This document shows, in pieces, positions 62,725 to 64,000 of a stretch of DNA of 64,000 nucleotides. The stretch is from Carcharhinus amblyrhynchos. Its lineage: Eukaryota. The translations under genes and the position numbers were made by a program. The stretch is taken from positions 95,790,001 through 95,854,000 of the forward strand of contig OZ336874.1 of the NCBI GenBank assembly GCA_965287045.1. The letters run 5' to 3'. The number at the start of each line of letters is the position of its first letter. Within the stretch, counting starts at the first letter, position 1. The notes under the pieces are model-generated. The model ran no database searches and was not told the origin of the DNA. It was given only the letters and a program-made list of their open reading frames with translations.

Positions 62725-63017
62725 CTGAAAAACAACAGGGTGCACAGAAAATCTTTACATTTGAGCTGGACAATTTACACCAACCGAACAGACGAAGTGT
62801 CACAGGTCAGCACTAACCAAGATTTAAAAATAATTCAGATTTCAATTTTGAGATTTCCTTTTTCTTCCAGCACCCTGAATTTCTGCTCATTAAAAAGATG
62901 GTCCTCATAAGATGAGGTTCGCCATGAACCGAAAGCTGCGCCCTTACATTTGCTAGAAGTGGAATACCTGGCTATGGAACTACTCAATTGTAAATGGATT
63001 GAAATTTTGAGGGGCAT

Positions 63018-64000
63018 TCTGTTCATTCTTTCAAGGGATATGGGTGTTGTCGGCCAAGCCAGCATTGATTGTCCATCCCTAATTCCTCTTGAGAAGGCGG
63101 TGGGGACTGCCTTCTTGAACCACTGAAGTCCTATCTGGTGCAGTACAAAGGGTCATCTGGACTCGATGTCAGCTCCTTTCTCTCCTCACAGATGATACCA
63201 GACCTGCTCAGATTTTTCAGCACTTCTTCTTTTGCTGGTACACCCACAGTGCTATTAGGAAGAAATTTCCAGGATTTTGACCCAGTGACAGAGAAATAAC
63301 AGCAATATATTTCCAAGTGTGGATGTGTGGTTTGGAGGGGAACTTGCAGGTGATGGTGTTCCCATGCATATGCTGCTCTTAAACTTGGTGGCAATTGCCA
63401 GTTTGGGAGGTGCTGTCAAAGGAGTCTTGGTGAGTTGCTGCAGCTCACCTTTTAGATGGTATTACTGCTGCTAGTGTGCATCAGTGATGGAGGGGATGAA
63501 TATTGCAAAGCTGGTGGAAGGGTGCTAATCAGGTGGGCTGCTTTGCCCTGGATGGTGCTCAACCTCTTGAGTGTTTTTGGAACTGTACTCATCCAGCCAA
63601 GTGGATAGTATTCCATCACACTCCTGACGTGTGCTTTGTAGATGGTGGAGAGTTACTTATTGCTGCATTCTGAACTTCTGACCTGCTCTTGTAGTAACAG
63701 TATTTATATCATTGACTGGACACTGAACTAGAGCAATGGTAACTCTCAAGGTATTGGTCGTGGAGGATTTAGCAATGGTAATGTCATTGAGTGTCAATGG
63801 GAAATGATTAGATTCTCTCTCGTTAGAGACTTTCACTGCCGAACACCCGTGTAATTATGTGTTACTTGTCACTTGTAAGCCTGAGCTTGAACGTTGTCTA
63901 GAACTTGCTACTTAAGGTCATGGACTGTTTCAGTATCTGAGAAGTCACAAATGGCACAGAACATTGCTCAATCATCAGAGAACATCCCTATATCTGACGG
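63018..64000 (-). mobile_element. CR1/L2-group LINE 3' portion, with a Penelope-type fragment at ~63146-63228
   Basis: Reverse complement resembles 31620-32500. Confidence 0.8.

Overview
Vertebrate nuclear DNA, almost certainly from a shark or other elasmobranch (inferred from HE1-type V-SINEs, Deu-type SINEs, CR1 LINEs and Penelope-derived hairpins). It contains the 3' parts of two convergent genes in the conserved MAP1B-MRPS27 arrangement. MAP1B (+) has a 5.9-kb giant coding exon (1323-7248), two LC1-encoding exons (15755-15993, 21550-21705) and a ~6.2-kb, nearly repeat-free 3'UTR. MRPS27 (-) has its last four coding exons here (62724-62622, 62492-62350, 54895-54740, 46191-45952). The rest is introns and intergenic DNA crowded with nested retroelements, MITE-like elements, a solo LTR and a Harbinger-like remnant. 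I found no convincing wholly new biological system. The best leads are: (i) MAP1B lacks the mammalian YSYE/neuraxin repeat array; (ii) a tight cluster of RBFOX and miRNA seed sites in the MAP1B 3'UTR; (iii) several long inverted repeats around the penultimate MRPS27 exon; (iv) hammerhead-like cores in Penelope-derived hairpins; (v) a solo LTR abutting the MRPS27 3' end. Exon boundaries were read base by base. Repeat boundaries are approximate (tens of bp), and family names come from recall, not database searches.
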